NCBI GenBank assembly: GCA_047495785.1
Contig: JBLDXI010000001.1
Span: 2,294,001-2,358,000 of the forward strand
Length of the DNA: 64,000 bases
Direction: 5' to 3'
Source: Lepidodermella squamata
Taxonomy: Eukaryota > Animalia > Gastrotricha
Both the position numbers and the translations under genes were made by a program. Of the stretch, positions 62,100 through 64,000 are shown one piece after another (within the stretch, counting starts at the first letter, position 1; each line of letters opens with the position of its first letter). The notes beneath the pieces are model-generated. The model did not search any database and had not been told where the DNA came from. It saw only the letters and a program-made list of their open reading frames with translations.

Positions 62100-64000
62100 T
62101 TGGAAAATTGTTAGTCCTAAATTAGCAATACTAACGCTGTTTCTTACTGTTAATTCTCACTATTAATGCTCTGTTGATGTCCCAAAAATAGGATTAATAA
62201 AACTTATCAATTACATCCAAATCAATCGGCTTGATGCCAGGTATCGCATGAAATCGATGTACTGGAACCCTGGTAGCTTTAACCTAGAAAGATAACTACA
62301 TCGTTATCGAGGACTGCACTCGGAAAAACTATCTTCAATAAAATCATTTTGGCAATAATTGAACTCCTATATGAATCTCTTGTCATAGACTCTGGCGAAG
62401 AAATGCGCCTTAAACAATGCGTGCACCCGCACCATGATTACTTGCGAAATGAAGATTAAAAAACTTGGATCGATAAACCTATAGGCGAGATATATTGGGT
62501 GCCTCAATGAGGAAAGTGTCCTTTCAAGTAGGCTATATTATGCGGACGACCCCATTCCGAAGAAGCATAGCCATTCAAAAAATCCATCCTCAAACCAAAA
62601 ATAGCTATTTTGCTGTATGTGGGACAGTATTAGACACAGTATTAGATTCTAAAATCGACTGTTTCGTTTTATTTTCGCAATAACCCGCTGCGGATATTAC
62701 TCATTTCATGAACGCTCAGCATGAGCCCCATCAATGCACCGTCCAGCTGAGGTGAGAATTTTCAATAATTAAACGCTTTTTCCGCTGGAAATTGAAAAGC
62801 AAAAATCAGTCAAGGATATCCGGCCTGATTTTTGTAATAAAAAACGCCATAACGACCCTGTTAATTACTTTGACCTTGAATTATTTGCCGAATGAAACAC
62901 CGCACCCTGAACAAGTGCAATTTCTTGATAAGTCGAGTTATTTCTCTCAGAGCCAGATGAATTCGCAGTTCTGAAGTGGCAAGCTTTGACCAACGTGCGT
63001 CTAGAATAGTCGAAAAATGGGGAAAATTAATTATTTTCACGGCTTATAAATCCAAGACAGCATCAATAGATTTTGTCAAAAGCGATGCTATTTATGACAC
63101 CTTTTTGCGAAATATTTTTCAAACCAACTCAGACAAAGAATTAGTATATATATCATAGTATGCATATATATCAATAAAATTGCTGTTTGAATTATTAAAA
63201 ACGCCATGCCTAGTTTAGAAGACAATAGACAGCAAGTAGGCGCAGTTGGATGGCTGCAAGCTACGGGGCATGAATAATAATGTCAATATAATATTTAAGG
63301 TGGGAGTGTGTTAAATTCCGATACCTGGTATGACGTATGCTTTATTGCTTTTTGTTAATAAAAGAAATACCGGCGAGCAATTTTTAGCGACACAGCATGA
63401 CGTAGCCGTGTTGTAGAGGCCACCCTGCGCCAATTGACACGCGCTATTAAGGCGCGTTCGGGGCGATATTTGTTATTATTTCCATGCGTCACCTTACTTA
63501 TATAATATAGTCCAGCGCGAGTTCGATTCGGCGCGATGATTATTGGCCACTTTCTGCTCGCGCGAGTGTAATAAAAACATGCTCGAATTGACGTAGGTTT
63601 GTGTCACCTTGCGCCTTAAAAACTTTCCGCGATATTTACTCATCTCTCCTTATATACTGCTATTATTCTTGTTGTTATTTTCGCTCTTCTTTCCCCCTTA
63701 ATTATTTTCTAGTTTACTTTCATTTATCAACAATTTAATCGCTTTGTTAATAAAACAAAATGGTTTCGTTTTTCGATTTAGAAATTTCGAAGTAATATAT
63801 ACACACATATGAAAAATAGAATGCAAGGCGATTCGTTGAATGATTTACCTTTATGGGCGGCGCTTTTAATTGATTGAGGGCGCGCCCGGAGCGTTATCGC
63901 CCTTCTTCATCATCAGCATCATCATTCTGCGCGCACGGTGCGCTGCCCGCCGGCGTTCGCGCTGTTTCGCGCCGCTTCTCTTTTTCCTTCTACGCGATAT

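Overview
Compact, AT-rich eukaryotic genomic DNA with short (about 45-90 nt) GT-AG introns. The gene content is metazoan (an invertebrate; the lineage cannot be fixed from the sequence). The window has three parts. (1) About 1.9-10.1 kb: an array of about 12 tiny same-strand genes, mostly an N-terminal coiled coil plus 1-2 C2H2 fingers. They are only about 55-235 bp apart and several have an unpaired splice acceptor just upstream of the ATG, an operon-like layout. (2) About 11-54 kb: an apparent animal biosynthetic gene cluster for a catecholamine-type product. It holds three tyrosine-hydroxylase-like genes that lack the tetramerisation tail, an intact but catalytically dead hydroxylase paralogue head-to-head with one of them, a DOPA/aromatic amino acid decarboxylase and an insect-AANAT-like GNAT acetyltransferase. 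It also holds four SLC2/GLUT-like transporters (one a pseudogene) whose glucose-binding residues are substituted. Interspersed are a divergent Cys-loop receptor, secreted VWA-like and PAN-like proteins, a neprilysin and a calpain. A ~7.8 kb tandem duplication carries TH+GLUT modules whose TH copies look gene-converted. (3) About 57.7-62.1 kb: an unknown gene and a GABA-B-like class C GPCR. Several non-autonomous DNA transposons (piggyBac, hAT, pogo/Tc1-mariner MITEs) and a LINE relic are also present. All gene models were spliced by eye and no database searches were run.
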